From the NCBI GenBank assembly GCA_964532095.1, contig CAZHGK010000006.1, positions 1-42,013 on the forward strand: a stretch of DNA of 42,013 nucleotides. Reading direction: 5' to 3'. The stretch's first letter is position 1, and every line of letters begins with the position of its first letter. The position numbers and the translations under genes are program-made. Shown here in pieces: positions 17,006 through 25,543 of the stretch. Under the pieces are notes generated by a model, which did not search any database, was not told the DNA's origin, and saw only the letters and a program-made list of their open reading frames with translations. This DNA is from an uncultured Planctomycetales bacterium. Its GTDB lineage: Bacteria > Omnitrophota > Gorgyraeia > Zapsychrales > Fredricksoniimonadaceae.

Positions 17006-17449
17006 TTACAGTTGAATTTGTTCCGGTAAACGGCTGTGCGGGGTCATCGCCTCGACGGATTTAATTTCAATCACCGCTAAATGAAAACCTGGGTCAGCAG
17101 GCCCGGCGAAATATTGGCGCATCATGGGAACACCTTCAAACACTGCTTCCTTCTTAGCGATATCATTGCTCATGGTTGCCTTGCCCGTGATACGGCAATA
17201 CCACATCTTACGGTCGACGAAACAAACCTCTACATTCGGGTTGGCTTTAATGTCCTTAATGGTGCGGGAACGTTCTAAAAGTGCCAGTAATAATTCACCA
17301 CTATCTGTTAAGTATGGCATCATAGGACGCACGCGCGGCTGGTTGCCTTCTGTCGTCGCTAAAAAACCAAAGCCGGCATCCCGGACAATATCAATAGCTT
17401 CTTCTTTAGTCATACTCATGGCATTACCCTTTCTGATTATGTCCGCCAT
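17006..17449 (-). CDS. Pyridoxamine 5'-phosphate oxidase-family (split-barrel flavoprotein) protein
   Basis: Size and the pattern GFLATTEGNQPRVRPM...NPNVEVCF are typical of PNPOx-like proteins. In-frame ATGs at codons 11 and 13 are alternative starts. Confidence 0.7.
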   Translation of the reverse strand: MADIIRKGNAMSMTKEEAIDIVRDAGFGFLATTEGNQPRVRPMMPYLTDSGELLLALLERSRTIKDIKANPNVEVCFVDRKMWYCRITGKATMSNDIAKKEAVFEGVPMMRQYFAGPADPGFHLAVIEIKSVEAMTPHSRLPEQIQL

Positions 17450-17470
17450 AAAGCTCGGCGGATTCCGTCC

Positions 17471-18277
17471 TTAACCTACTTTAGGAACGGAAAACTTGTC
17501 TGTTCCAATATATTCTTTGTTTTTGACAGCAATTAATTGTGCGCAAATCGATACGGCAATTTCCGCCGGTGTTTGTGCGCCGATATCAATGCCCATGGGA
17601 ATATGGATTTTATCTAACTGTTCTTGGGACACGCCTTGTTCTTTAAGTCGTCCAAAGAATTTAACCTGCTTGGGCTTACTGGAAATTACCCCAATATATC
17701 CTGCTTTTGAATGGATGGCTGCCTTTAAGCATTCAAAGTCAAACTCATTGCCTTGGGTAACGATTAAAACATAGGTGTTGGCATTTAAGGCAGTCTTGGC
17801 TAATTCCCCAGCATGATTCCCGACGAGAATTTCATCAGCATGGCTAAAACGTTCTTTATTGGCAAATTCCGGGCGGTTATCAATAATGGTCACATTAAAC
17901 CCAAGGATTTTAGCCAAAGCAGAAAGGGGCAAGGCAATATGCCCTGCCCCGCAAATGACAACGGTGTATTTGGGAATAAAGGGTTCGATGAAGACCTTCA
18001 TCTGTCCTCCGCAAACCGATTCCCCTTCCCTGCCAAAATAATCATATGTAACTGTGGTGGGTTTGTTTGAGGCAATGGCCTTTAAACATTCTGCAATTGC
18101 GGCCTTCTCGTTACGACCACCACCAATGGTGCCCCAGGATGTGCCATCATCAAACACAATCATCTTAGCCCCAGCTTTACGCGGAGTTCCCTTGATGGTG
18201 GCTTCTACGATGGTTGCAAAAGCGTAGCGTTGGCCACGTTGGGATGATTCAATGGCTTTGTAGAGAATATCATCCAT
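17471..18277 (-). CDS. XdhC/CoxI-family molybdenum-hydroxylase maturation protein
   Basis: N-terminal XdhC domain plus a Rossmann-like segment VVICGAGHIALPLSALAKILGFNVTIID. Confidence 0.85.
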   Translation of the reverse strand: MDDILYKAIESSQRGQRYAFATIVEATIKGTPRKAGAKMIVFDDGTSWGTIGGGRNEKAAIAECLKAIASNKPTTVTYDYFGREGESVCGGQMKVFIEPFIPKYTVVICGAGHIALPLSALAKILGFNVTIIDNRPEFANKERFSHADEILVGNHAGELAKTALNANTYVLIVTQGNEFDFECLKAAIHSKAGYIGVISSKPKQVKFFGRLKEQGVSQEQLDKIHIPMGIDIGAQTPAEIAVSICAQLIAVKNKEYIGTDKFSVPKVG

Positions 18278-18288
18278 ATTTTGGTGTC

Positions 18289-18317
18289 ATTGCGAGTCCC
18301 TGGTGGGACGAAGCAAT
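18289..18317. repeat. Intergenic palindromic hairpin (REP-like)
   Basis: ATTGC-GA-GTCCC-tggt-GGGAC-GAA-GCAAT, between the cyclophilin stop and the xdhC start. The T-run follows it only on the plus strand, where no gene ends. Confidence 0.5.
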
Positions 18318-18321
18318 CTTT

Positions 18322-18864
18322 TTACTTTACGTAGGCCTTAATGATTTTTTGTTCCGTACGTGGACGGTCGCCAGGGCCTGTCGGGGTGTTTTCAATTTTT
18401 TGCACCACATCATAGCCAGTGCTTACTTCCCCAAAAATCGTGTGGTGATTATTTAACCATGGTGTGGCAATGGTGGTGATGAAAAACTGGCTGCCGTTGG
18501 TTTGTGGGCCGGCATTAGCCATGGCCAGTAAACCTGGACGGTCAAATTGTAATGTTGGGCTAAATTCATCTTCGAATGGCTTACCCCAGATGCTTTGCCC
18601 GCCGCTGCCTGTGCCGGTTGGGTCGCCACCTTGGACCATGAAGCTTTTAATAACGCGATGGAAAATAAGGCCGTTGTAATATCCTTTTTTAACCAAGCCG
18701 ACAAAATTTTCAACGGCTTTGGGTGCTTGTTGTGGGTATAACTTGAATTCAACATTTCCTTGGGTGGTTTCAAAAACAACTGTATTCACTTGGTTCTCCT
18801 CTGCTAAAACTACGGTTGAACAAAATAAAACACTTAATCCTAACATCAGTAACAAATTACGCAT
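18322..18864 (-). CDS. Secreted cyclophilin-type peptidyl-prolyl isomerase
   Basis: Signal peptide MRNLLLMLGLSVLFCSTVVLA. Cyclophilin motifs FHRVIKSFMVQGGDP and GSQFFIT. Confidence 0.9.
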   Translation of the reverse strand: MRNLLLMLGLSVLFCSTVVLAEENQVNTVVFETTQGNVEFKLYPQQAPKAVENFVGLVKKGYYNGLIFHRVIKSFMVQGGDPTGTGSGGQSIWGKPFEDEFSPTLQFDRPGLLAMANAGPQTNGSQFFITTIATPWLNNHHTIFGEVSTGYDVVQKIENTPTGPGDRPRTEQKIIKAYVK

Positions 18865-19267
18865 GAATCCCCTCCTGGTATTGACGTAAAATACGGTTTT
18901 GTTCTCGTAAACGGACGATTTCCCCGTCTAAAAGCTTTTTGACTTTTTCCGCTTCTTGTAAATATTTTTGATAAAGTTCCACCTGTTTTGCCAGCGATTG
19001 AACCTGTTTTTCTTTATGGGTGATTTGTTTTCTTAATTGTTCAATTTGCTGAAGCTGTTCATCCTTGGCATCGGTCGTTAAATCAATGCTTTGTGCCTTT
19101 TGGGCGATCTCGGAAACTGCTGTCACCGACGGTGTGGGTGATGTTAAAGCATCGGGTAATAATTTGGCTTTATTAGAAGGTAATTGGATGGTAATATCAA
19201 GCCCAAGCATCCGAAAAGCCATCGCACAACCAACAGCAATTACAGTAATAAATAAGATTAAACCCAT
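18857..19267 (-). CDS. Hypothetical single-pass membrane coiled-coil protein
   Basis: The ATG at 19267 is preceded by GGAGGAAATC (SD) and followed by the TM helix GLILFITVIAVGCAMAF. The ORF-track start at 19321 is a TTG extension. 8-nt overlap with the PPIase start. Confidence 0.65.
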   Translation of the reverse strand: MGLILFITVIAVGCAMAFRMLGLDITIQLPSNKAKLLPDALTSPTPSVTAVSEIAQKAQSIDLTTDAKDEQLQQIEQLRKQITHKEKQVQSLAKQVELYQKYLQEAEKVKKLLDGEIVRLREQNRILRQYQEGIHA

Positions 19268-19853
19268 GATTTCCTCCATCCTTTTATCCGCCGGATTTAG
19301 CAGCAGGTTTGGATCTCCCAAAGCCTTAGCTGAAATGAACGGCGAAAAAATTATTCAACGAACATTGCATCGGTTTATTGATAGCTATACCGACGATATC
19401 TGTGTTGTCTTAGGCGCGTGCGCTACAGACATACAACCCTACGTATTAAACCACAGCAAGGTGCATATTGTCTATAATAAAGATTACCAAAAAGGGCAAA
19501 CATCTTCTATGCAGGCAGCCCTTGCCTCCGTCGCTGTAGAAACTCAATGGGTGATGTTATTGCCTGTTGATTTTCCGAATGTCCAAACAGCAACGATTAA
19601 TGCTTTAGTTGAGCAAGCTCGACGAACAGATGCGGATATCCTAATTCCCACCTATGAGGGCAACAAAGGCCACCCTCCCCTTTTTCACCGTCGTACATTT
19701 ACTAATATTTTGAAATTATCCACGGATTCAGGAATTAATAGCATCTTTAAAGATTTTAAAGTAGCTAAAATTCCGGTAGATGATGGCGGGGTTCTGCAGT
19801 CGTTTAATACAGTGGAAGAATTTGAACAGATAAAAAACAGGGACGGTTACTAA
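19266..19853 (+). CDS. mocA: Molybdenum cofactor cytidylyltransferase-like nucleotidyltransferase (MocA family)
   Basis: The start MISSILLSAGFSSRFGSPKAL matches the MobA/MocA N-terminal glycine-rich motif. The first 67 codons of the ORF-track ORF (19065-19265) are antisense to the neighbouring gene and were discarded. Confidence 0.8.
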   Translation: MISSILLSAGFSSRFGSPKALAEMNGEKIIQRTLHRFIDSYTDDICVVLGACATDIQPYVLNHSKVHIVYNKDYQKGQTSSMQAALASVAVETQWVMLLPVDFPNVQTATINALVEQARRTDADILIPTYEGNKGHPPLFHRRTFTNILKLSTDSGINSIFKDFKVAKIPVDDGGVLQSFNTVEEFEQIKNRDGY

Positions 19854-19866
19854 TTTTGATTCCAGA

Positions 19867-19883
19867 AAGCCAGAATTTGGCTT
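19867..19883 (+). terminator. Small hairpin after mocA
   Basis: AAGCCA-gaatt-TGGCTT followed by CTTT. A weak intrinsic-terminator candidate. Confidence 0.35.
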
Positions 19884-19938
19884 CTTTACAAAATTGGTGA
19901 CTGTCCCTGATTTTTTATCACCTTAGAAAGATACAGAA

Positions 19939-19987
19939 TTGACATTTGCTTAAAATATGTCATACTTTAGCTAGATTAGCTAGATTA
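19939..19987 (+). promoter_or_regulatory. vapBC promoter with direct-repeat operator
   Basis: TTGACA at 19939-19944, a 17-nt spacer, ATACTT at 19962-19967. Directly after it comes TTAGCTAGA x2 (19967-19984). GGAGG at 19991-19995 lies 7 nt before the ATG at 20003. Confidence 0.5.
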
Positions 19988-20002
19988 ATTGGAGGTAACA
20001 AT

Positions 20003-20242
20003 ATGGTTTGGAAACTGGCAGATGCTAAGAATCAATTCAGTAAAGTCGTGGATATGGCTTTGGAAGAAGGGCCGCAAAAGATCACTCGCCGTGACACAGC
20101 GGTTATTGTGGTGGCTCTTAAAGATTATGAACGTTTAAGTGGTAAAAAACCAGGATTTAAGGATTTCTTGATGGATAGCCCTTCTTTGAAAGGCGTTAAC
20201 TTAAAACGTGACTCTTCCCCTATTCGAAAGGTTACGTTATGA
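20003..20242 (+). CDS. Phd/YefM-type antitoxin partnered with VapC
   Basis: MVWKLADAKNQFSKVVDMALEEGPQKITRRDTAVIVV is a typical Phd/YefM N-terminus. 4-nt overlap (ATGA) with the PIN toxin gene. The ORF-track start at 19946 is a TTG extension lacking an RBS. Confidence 0.85.
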   Translation: MVWKLADAKNQFSKVVDMALEEGPQKITRRDTAVIVVALKDYERLSGKKPGFKDFLMDSPSLKGVNLKRDSSPIRKVTL

Positions 20243-20658
20243 AATTTCTATTAGATACCTGTGTGATATCTGAATTGCGCAAAGAAAGTATAAATCCTCG
20301 ACTTAAAGAAATTATGGATATGGCAGATGAACAAGATATTTTTATGAGCGTCATTTCTTTAGGAGAATTAGTCAAAGGAATATCACTCCTTGAAGATAGT
20401 AGACGAAAACGGGAACTTGTATCTTGGATTGGTGGATTTGAACGAACTTTTACAGACCGTATTTTAAATATTGATCAAGAAACAGCGCATATTTGGGGTG
20501 AGGTTACAGCTAAGGCTCAAAAGTCTGGTAAAATTGTTTCTGTATCCGATGGTCTTATTGCGGCAAGTGCCATACGGCATGGACTACATTTAATTACTCG
20601 TAATAGCAAAGATTTTACGCCAACAGGTGTGATGATTATTGATCCGTGGTCATCTTAA
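20239..20658 (+). CDS. vapC: PIN-domain toxin, VapC family
   Basis: The FLLDTCVISE N-terminal acidic motif and the C-terminal ITRNSKDF are typical of VapC/FitB PIN ribonucleases. Confidence 0.9.
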   Translation: MKFLLDTCVISELRKESINPRLKEIMDMADEQDIFMSVISLGELVKGISLLEDSRRKRELVSWIGGFERTFTDRILNIDQETAHIWGEVTAKAQKSGKIVSVSDGLIAASAIRHGLHLITRNSKDFTPTGVMIIDPWSS

Positions 20659-20696
20659 AAAATTAGGGAAAAAATTGGTGACCATCCCTAATTTTT
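20658..20696. terminator. Bidirectional hairpin between convergent vapC and the lipoprotein gene
   Basis: A perfect 12-bp stem, AAAAATTAGGGA (20658-20669) with TCCCTAATTTTT (20685-20696), and a 15-nt loop. Confidence 0.5.
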
Positions 20697-20701
20697 ATCT
20701 T

Positions 20702-21079
20702 CTATTTTAAAACTAAAACTTTAGCCGAATACTGGGTATGCACATACCCATTGTGCCCTAAATACTTTTGCACCTTTACGTTTTGCCACACACCAGTTGA
20801 ATTAACCTGGATGTCGGTAATCACATCCCCACCTAAGATCGAAGCTTCATACTTTAATTTAGGTAAGGCATCTTCCAATGTTTGACGACGCTCTGTGGTT
20901 ACAGTGACAATCCCAATTTGTTCAAAGGGTTTATCAACGGTTTCCATGTAAACAACATCGTCGGGGCTGTTCTTTGGTGGATAATAATTTAAAGTCGTAT
21001 CCTCAGAATCAATACGATAGGTTGTGCACCCGGAAAATAAGCCTAAAACTAAAAGCATCATTAATGCAACGGATTTCAT
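20702..21079 (-). CDS. Hypothetical lipoprotein
   Basis: Signal peptide with lipobox LFSGC. Confidence 0.7.
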   Translation of the reverse strand: MKSVALMMLLVLGLFSGCTTYRIDSEDTTLNYYPPKNSPDDVVYMETVDKPFEQIGIVTVTTERRQTLEDALPKLKYEASILGGDVITDIQVNSTGVWQNVKVQKYLGHNGYVHTQYSAKVLVLK

Positions 21080-21158
21080 AATTCCACCTTCATTGTTTAA
21101 ATGTGTTTCTTTGATTATATTATGTGAAGTGCCTAAGACAACAACTTTTTAATTCTTC

Positions 21159-23483
21159 TTAAGTTTTGATAGCTTCCTTGGCTTTAAGTGCTGCAATCAC
21201 TTTATCCGGTGTAATAGGTAATTCTTTAAGGCGAATTCCAATGGCATCCTCGATCGCATTTGCAATGGCGGCAGACGTAGGTAATAAAGCAGCTTCTCCC
21301 ATCCCTTTAGCTCCAAATGGTCCTTCCGGATCATCGGTTTCAACTAAAATGGTGTTCATTTTAGGAACGCCAATGGAACGCGGTACGCGGTATCCGGCAA
21401 AATTGGGGTTTACTACGCGACCATTGCGGAAACGTAAATCTTCATAGAAGGTATAACCAATGCCCATCATCAGGGAACCTTCAATTTGTGATTCCACCGA
21501 CTGGGGATTAATAGCCTTGCCAATATCATGGGCATCCCATAATTCTAAAAGTTTTACATCCCCTGTTTCAGTGTTTACTTCTACTTCAGCAATTTGTGCT
21601 TCGAAACCATAGCTTCCAGATACATTGCCTTCACCTGTACGAAAATCAATGGGTGTGGTCTTAGGATTGTAACTGCCACGGCCAATGATTTGTTTGCCGT
21701 AATTAAACGAATAACATAATTCCAAAGCCTTATCAAAGGTCATTAATTTCTTGCCGTCTTTTTTAAAGACAACTTGTTCTGCCCGGATATCAATATCGTC
21801 GATGGAAAGTTTATGCTCTTTGGCAACAATTTCTAAAATTTGATTTTTAGCGTCACGTCCGCCGAGTAAGGCGGCATTCCCGGAAATAAAGGTCACGCGG
21901 CTGGCAAATGAACCAGTATCAAATGGGGTGATTTCCGTATCCCCTGCCTTACATTTAATGCGGCTATAGCTAACCCCTAGTTCTTGGGCAACGATTTGCG
22001 ATAAGGCGGTATTGGACCCTTGCCCCGTATCCGCAGCGCCGGTAAATAAATATACCGAACCATCTTCTTCTACTTTTATAATAGCGCCGGCGCTTTCATG
22101 CGATTTATACATTTTTGAACCCATAACGTCGGCGGCAATACCAATGCCAATGCCACGTTTGATGTGGGATTGTTTGCCACGTTTTTCATACCAATTGGAT
22201 GCTTTAACAGCTAGTTCAATACATTCTTTTAAACCATTGGTCGTTAAAATCATTTTGTTAGTCGTGACCATGTTCGGTGTGGTGATATTTTTCAAGCGGA
22301 ATTCAATTGGGTCCATGCCCAAATCCTTGGCCAATAAATCCATGTGGGATTCAATGGCAAAGCCACTTTGCACGCCACCAAAGCCGCGCATCGCTCCGCT
22401 GATGGGATTATTTGTGTACACCCGATAACCGGTCATGCGAAAATGTGCGATTTTATACACCATGAAAATACGCATCATAGCAGCAGCCAATACCGTCGGG
22501 CCATAACTGCAATAGGCGCCGCCGTCCGCTAAAACTTCACCGGTCATGGCGACAATGGTGCCGTCTTTTTTCACACCAGTCTTTACTTTATAAATCATGC
22601 CGTGCTTGCGACGGGTGGTGGTGAATTCTTCTTCGCGGGTTAGACAAATCTTAACGGGCAAGCCCCCTGCCTTTTTGGATAACAAGCAGGCAGCAAAATC
22701 CATAGGCAGCATTTCAAGTTTACCGCCAAACCCGCCACCGACGGCCATTTTAATGACGCGCACATTATTTAAATCCATCTTTAATGTTTTAGCCAGGGCT
22801 TCGCGGCATTTAAATGGGGCCTGGGACGAAGACCATAGGGTGATTTTATCCGAGAAGGTTTCCCATTGCCCGACACAAACATGTGGCTCCATGGGTGCTG
22901 GATGTGCCACCGGGCACCAGAATTTATCTTCACGGACGTGGTCAGCTTCCTTCATTAAACGGTCAGGGTTACCAAAATTAACAGGTAAAATAACCGCGAT
23001 ATTATTCATAGATTCATGGATTTGTGGGGCGCCTGGCTTGATAGCCTCTTCAATTTCAAAAACCCCTGGCAAGATTTCATAATCCACTTCAATTAAACGC
23101 AAGTCGTGGTCTACGGTTTCTTCGTCGATTGCCGCCACAGCAGCAATTTCATCGCCGATGTATCGCACCTTATCAGCTTCTAAGGCCATTTGATCGACGG
23201 TATGTGGAAAGAAATATTCATTAGAACCAAATTTAATTAAATGGGTATCGCGGGACGTGATAATGGCCTTAACACCTGGCAAGGCTGCAGCTTTTTCTAT
23301 GTTAATGCTTTTGATGCGCGCATGCGGATGCGGAGAACGCAACATTTTTCCGATGAGCATATTAGGAAAGCTAACATCAAAGGCATATTTGGTTTGGCCG
23401 GTGACAATGCCGAGACCGTCAATGCGTGGTACGCTTTTACCGACGGGATCAACATATGTTTTATCAATATTGTTCGTTTGCAT
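21159..23483 (-). CDS. Molybdopterin-binding large subunit of a xanthine dehydrogenase/aldehyde oxidase-family hydroxylase
   Basis: 774 aa with the a/b-hammerhead N-terminus (GQTKYAFDV...) and Mo-cofactor domain signatures (GGGFGGK, GMGEAAL). The stop/start abuts the 2Fe-2S subunit gene. Confidence 0.9.
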   Translation of the reverse strand: MQTNNIDKTYVDPVGKSVPRIDGLGIVTGQTKYAFDVSFPNMLIGKMLRSPHPHARIKSINIEKAAALPGVKAIITSRDTHLIKFGSNEYFFPHTVDQMALEADKVRYIGDEIAAVAAIDEETVDHDLRLIEVDYEILPGVFEIEEAIKPGAPQIHESMNNIAVILPVNFGNPDRLMKEADHVREDKFWCPVAHPAPMEPHVCVGQWETFSDKITLWSSSQAPFKCREALAKTLKMDLNNVRVIKMAVGGGFGGKLEMLPMDFAACLLSKKAGGLPVKICLTREEEFTTTRRKHGMIYKVKTGVKKDGTIVAMTGEVLADGGAYCSYGPTVLAAAMMRIFMVYKIAHFRMTGYRVYTNNPISGAMRGFGGVQSGFAIESHMDLLAKDLGMDPIEFRLKNITTPNMVTTNKMILTTNGLKECIELAVKASNWYEKRGKQSHIKRGIGIGIAADVMGSKMYKSHESAGAIIKVEEDGSVYLFTGAADTGQGSNTALSQIVAQELGVSYSRIKCKAGDTEITPFDTGSFASRVTFISGNAALLGGRDAKNQILEIVAKEHKLSIDDIDIRAEQVVFKKDGKKLMTFDKALELCYSFNYGKQIIGRGSYNPKTTPIDFRTGEGNVSGSYGFEAQIAEVEVNTETGDVKLLELWDAHDIGKAINPQSVESQIEGSLMMGIGYTFYEDLRFRNGRVVNPNFAGYRVPRSIGVPKMNTILVETDDPEGPFGAKGMGEAALLPTSAAIANAIEDAIGIRLKELPITPDKVIAALKAKEAIKT

Positions 23484-23956
23484 TATTTGCCGCTCCGCAT
23501 TTCTTGCCCTGCCTGCACAACAGCTTCAAATATTTTTAAATATCCGCCGCAACGGCAAATATTGCCATCAAGGGCGTATTCCATATCTTCACGAGTCGGT
23601 GTGGGGTTTTTATCTAACAGTGCCGTGGCTGACATGATCATGCCCGGGATACAAAAACCACATTGCACGGCGCCTTGGTCTAAAAAGGCTTGTTGCACAG
23701 GGTGAAGCTTATCCCCTTGGGCTAAGCCTTCGACTGTTAAAATTTTCTGGCCTTGGCAGTTGGCTGCTAAGGTAATGCAGGACAATACAGCTTTACCGTC
23801 GATCATCACCGTGCAGGTGCCGCATTCGCTTTCCTGGCATGCTGTTTTTGTGCCTGTGAGCGATAATTGGTCGCGCAAAACTTCAAGTAAGGTTTCATGG
23901 CCTTTAAGTTGTAAGGCTTGCGTTTTATTATTAATGGTTAAATTGATCGTCGCCAT
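23483..23956 (-). CDS. [2Fe-2S]-binding small subunit of the molybdenum hydroxylase
   Basis: Cys clusters CQESECGTCTV, QCGFCIPG and CRCGGY. Confidence 0.9.
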   Translation of the reverse strand: MATINLTINNKTQALQLKGHETLLEVLRDQLSLTGTKTACQESECGTCTVMIDGKAVLSCITLAANCQGQKILTVEGLAQGDKLHPVQQAFLDQGAVQCGFCIPGMIMSATALLDKNPTPTREDMEYALDGNICRCGGYLKIFEAVVQAGQEMRSGK

Positions 23957-23958
23957 AA

Positions 23959-24807
23959 TTAACCTTTCGCCACAATTTCTTCAACTGCGCTTTTAATGCA
24001 TTGACGGAACATATGCTGTTTGTATTCGCTGCTACGGGTATCATAAATCGTTGTTGTTAAATGGGCTAAGGCCTCTTGTCCTAATTGGGCGCTTGATTTC
24101 TTGCCATCTAAGAATTTTTCTAACGCATAATCCCGCTGAGAAAAAGCTGTGCCAGAATTAACAACCACCCTCGTATTTGACCAGCTGTCTTTAACAATAT
24201 CGGTTTTAATGCATAACGATAATTGCGGCACATCCACATCAGACATTTTTCGTACCCGACGGTACGCCCAACGTGTATTGGGATTATGTGGAATGGTTAC
24301 ATGGGTGAGTAAATATTCCGAACGGGCAGCATTTTTAAAGAATTCTTCTGCGCTGACAGCTACTGTTAAGCCATCTGGTTTCATAAAATGGAGTTGACCG
24401 TCTAAGGCAGTTACAGCCACTGGTAATTCTGTCCATGTGTAGCGGCAGGTTAAATTTCCACCGACGGATGCCATATTGCGAATAGGTGTGGTTGAAATAT
24501 TCCGGCACACTTCACGGAACAAGGAATAATTATCTGTTAATAGAGGGCTTTCAAATAGATCGGTAATGCAGGTCATGGCCTTGATGGTTAATTCTTTAGG
24601 CGTTGATGTGATGCCTTTTAAATCATCCACCTTGGCTAAACTTAAGACATGTTGAGGAGTTTTATTCCCCTTAACCTTAAGGAGTTTAAGCGTGTTCATG
24701 ACAAAGGTGCCCCCTGCCATAACGCGGGAATCGCTAAGTTCTTTATAAAGCTTTGCCGCCTCTTGGGTCGATGTCGGCATATGTAAGGTTATGGGGTTTA
24801 ATAACAT
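23959..24807 (-). CDS. FAD-binding medium subunit of the molybdenum hydroxylase (CoxM/XdhB-like)
   Basis: The CoxM-like N-terminus starts at the ATG at 24807 (MLLNPITLHMPTSTQEAAKLY...AGGT). The ORF-track start at 24846 is a TTG extension. Confidence 0.85.
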   Translation of the reverse strand: MLLNPITLHMPTSTQEAAKLYKELSDSRVMAGGTFVMNTLKLLKVKGNKTPQHVLSLAKVDDLKGITSTPKELTIKAMTCITDLFESPLLTDNYSLFREVCRNISTTPIRNMASVGGNLTCRYTWTELPVAVTALDGQLHFMKPDGLTVAVSAEEFFKNAARSEYLLTHVTIPHNPNTRWAYRRVRKMSDVDVPQLSLCIKTDIVKDSWSNTRVVVNSGTAFSQRDYALEKFLDGKKSSAQLGQEALAHLTTTIYDTRSSEYKQHMFRQCIKSAVEEIVAKG

Positions 24808-24853
24808 GCAAAGCAGTATACCAAAACAATCAATATGGGCAAGCAAAAATCGA

Positions 24854-25543
24854 TTACAGCAATTGGATAACTTCAGACGGTAAACGCTTCAGTTCTTGGG
24901 TGCCTAATACCTTAATAGACCAGCGCAAGAGTGATAATTTTTGCTTTAATTGTTCATTGGGATCATCAATATTGCTTAAGCGTTTGCGGGATAAAAACAG
25001 GGTTTTACGCAAGGTGTTAAAGATAATCCTGGCTTCCCTGGCCCGGGTGCTTCCTTTGATTATGGACTGCACATTATCATAGGCGGTTTGCCAGATGACA
25101 GGATTGTAATGGTCCATTTTTTGAATTAACGCGGGCACCATGGTTTCAAAATAGGCATAACGATCTAGGACCACCAAGGTATGCATGATTTCAATATGGA
25201 CAAAAGCAGAATCGCTGCGATTTAAGCGGTGCAATAATAATTTGATAATAGGTGGTTTTTCAGTGGCCAAAATGTCTGGGGCAAAGTTTTCTTTAAACAC
25301 CTTAATTGCAGCGGCTGTTTTGTAGGCGCCTAAGGAATCATCAGCAATCATCGCCAGGAGAATGTCTTTATTTTCTTGGGAATATTTTTGGGTATAGCCG
25401 TCAAGTAAAGCCCTGTCATCAAAAACAGCGTCGGGGCCTAATTCCTGGCCTTCGATATTTTCAGATGGTTCCTCTGCCCTGGCGAAAGTAAGGCTGCCCG
25501 TCAAGAAGACGATTGTCATTAAGAAAATAAAATTTAAGCGCAT
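24854..25543 (-). CDS. Hypothetical exported protein
   Basis: Signal peptide MRLNFIFLMTIVFLTGSLTFARA. A helical-repeat-like body with no assignable motif. Confidence 0.65.
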   Translation of the reverse strand: MRLNFIFLMTIVFLTGSLTFARAEEPSENIEGQELGPDAVFDDRALLDGYTQKYSQENKDILLAMIADDSLGAYKTAAAIKVFKENFAPDILATEKPPIIKLLLHRLNRSDSAFVHIEIMHTLVVLDRYAYFETMVPALIQKMDHYNPVIWQTAYDNVQSIIKGSTRAREARIIFNTLRKTLFLSRKRLSNIDDPNEQLKQKLSLLRWSIKVLGTQELKRLPSEVIQLL

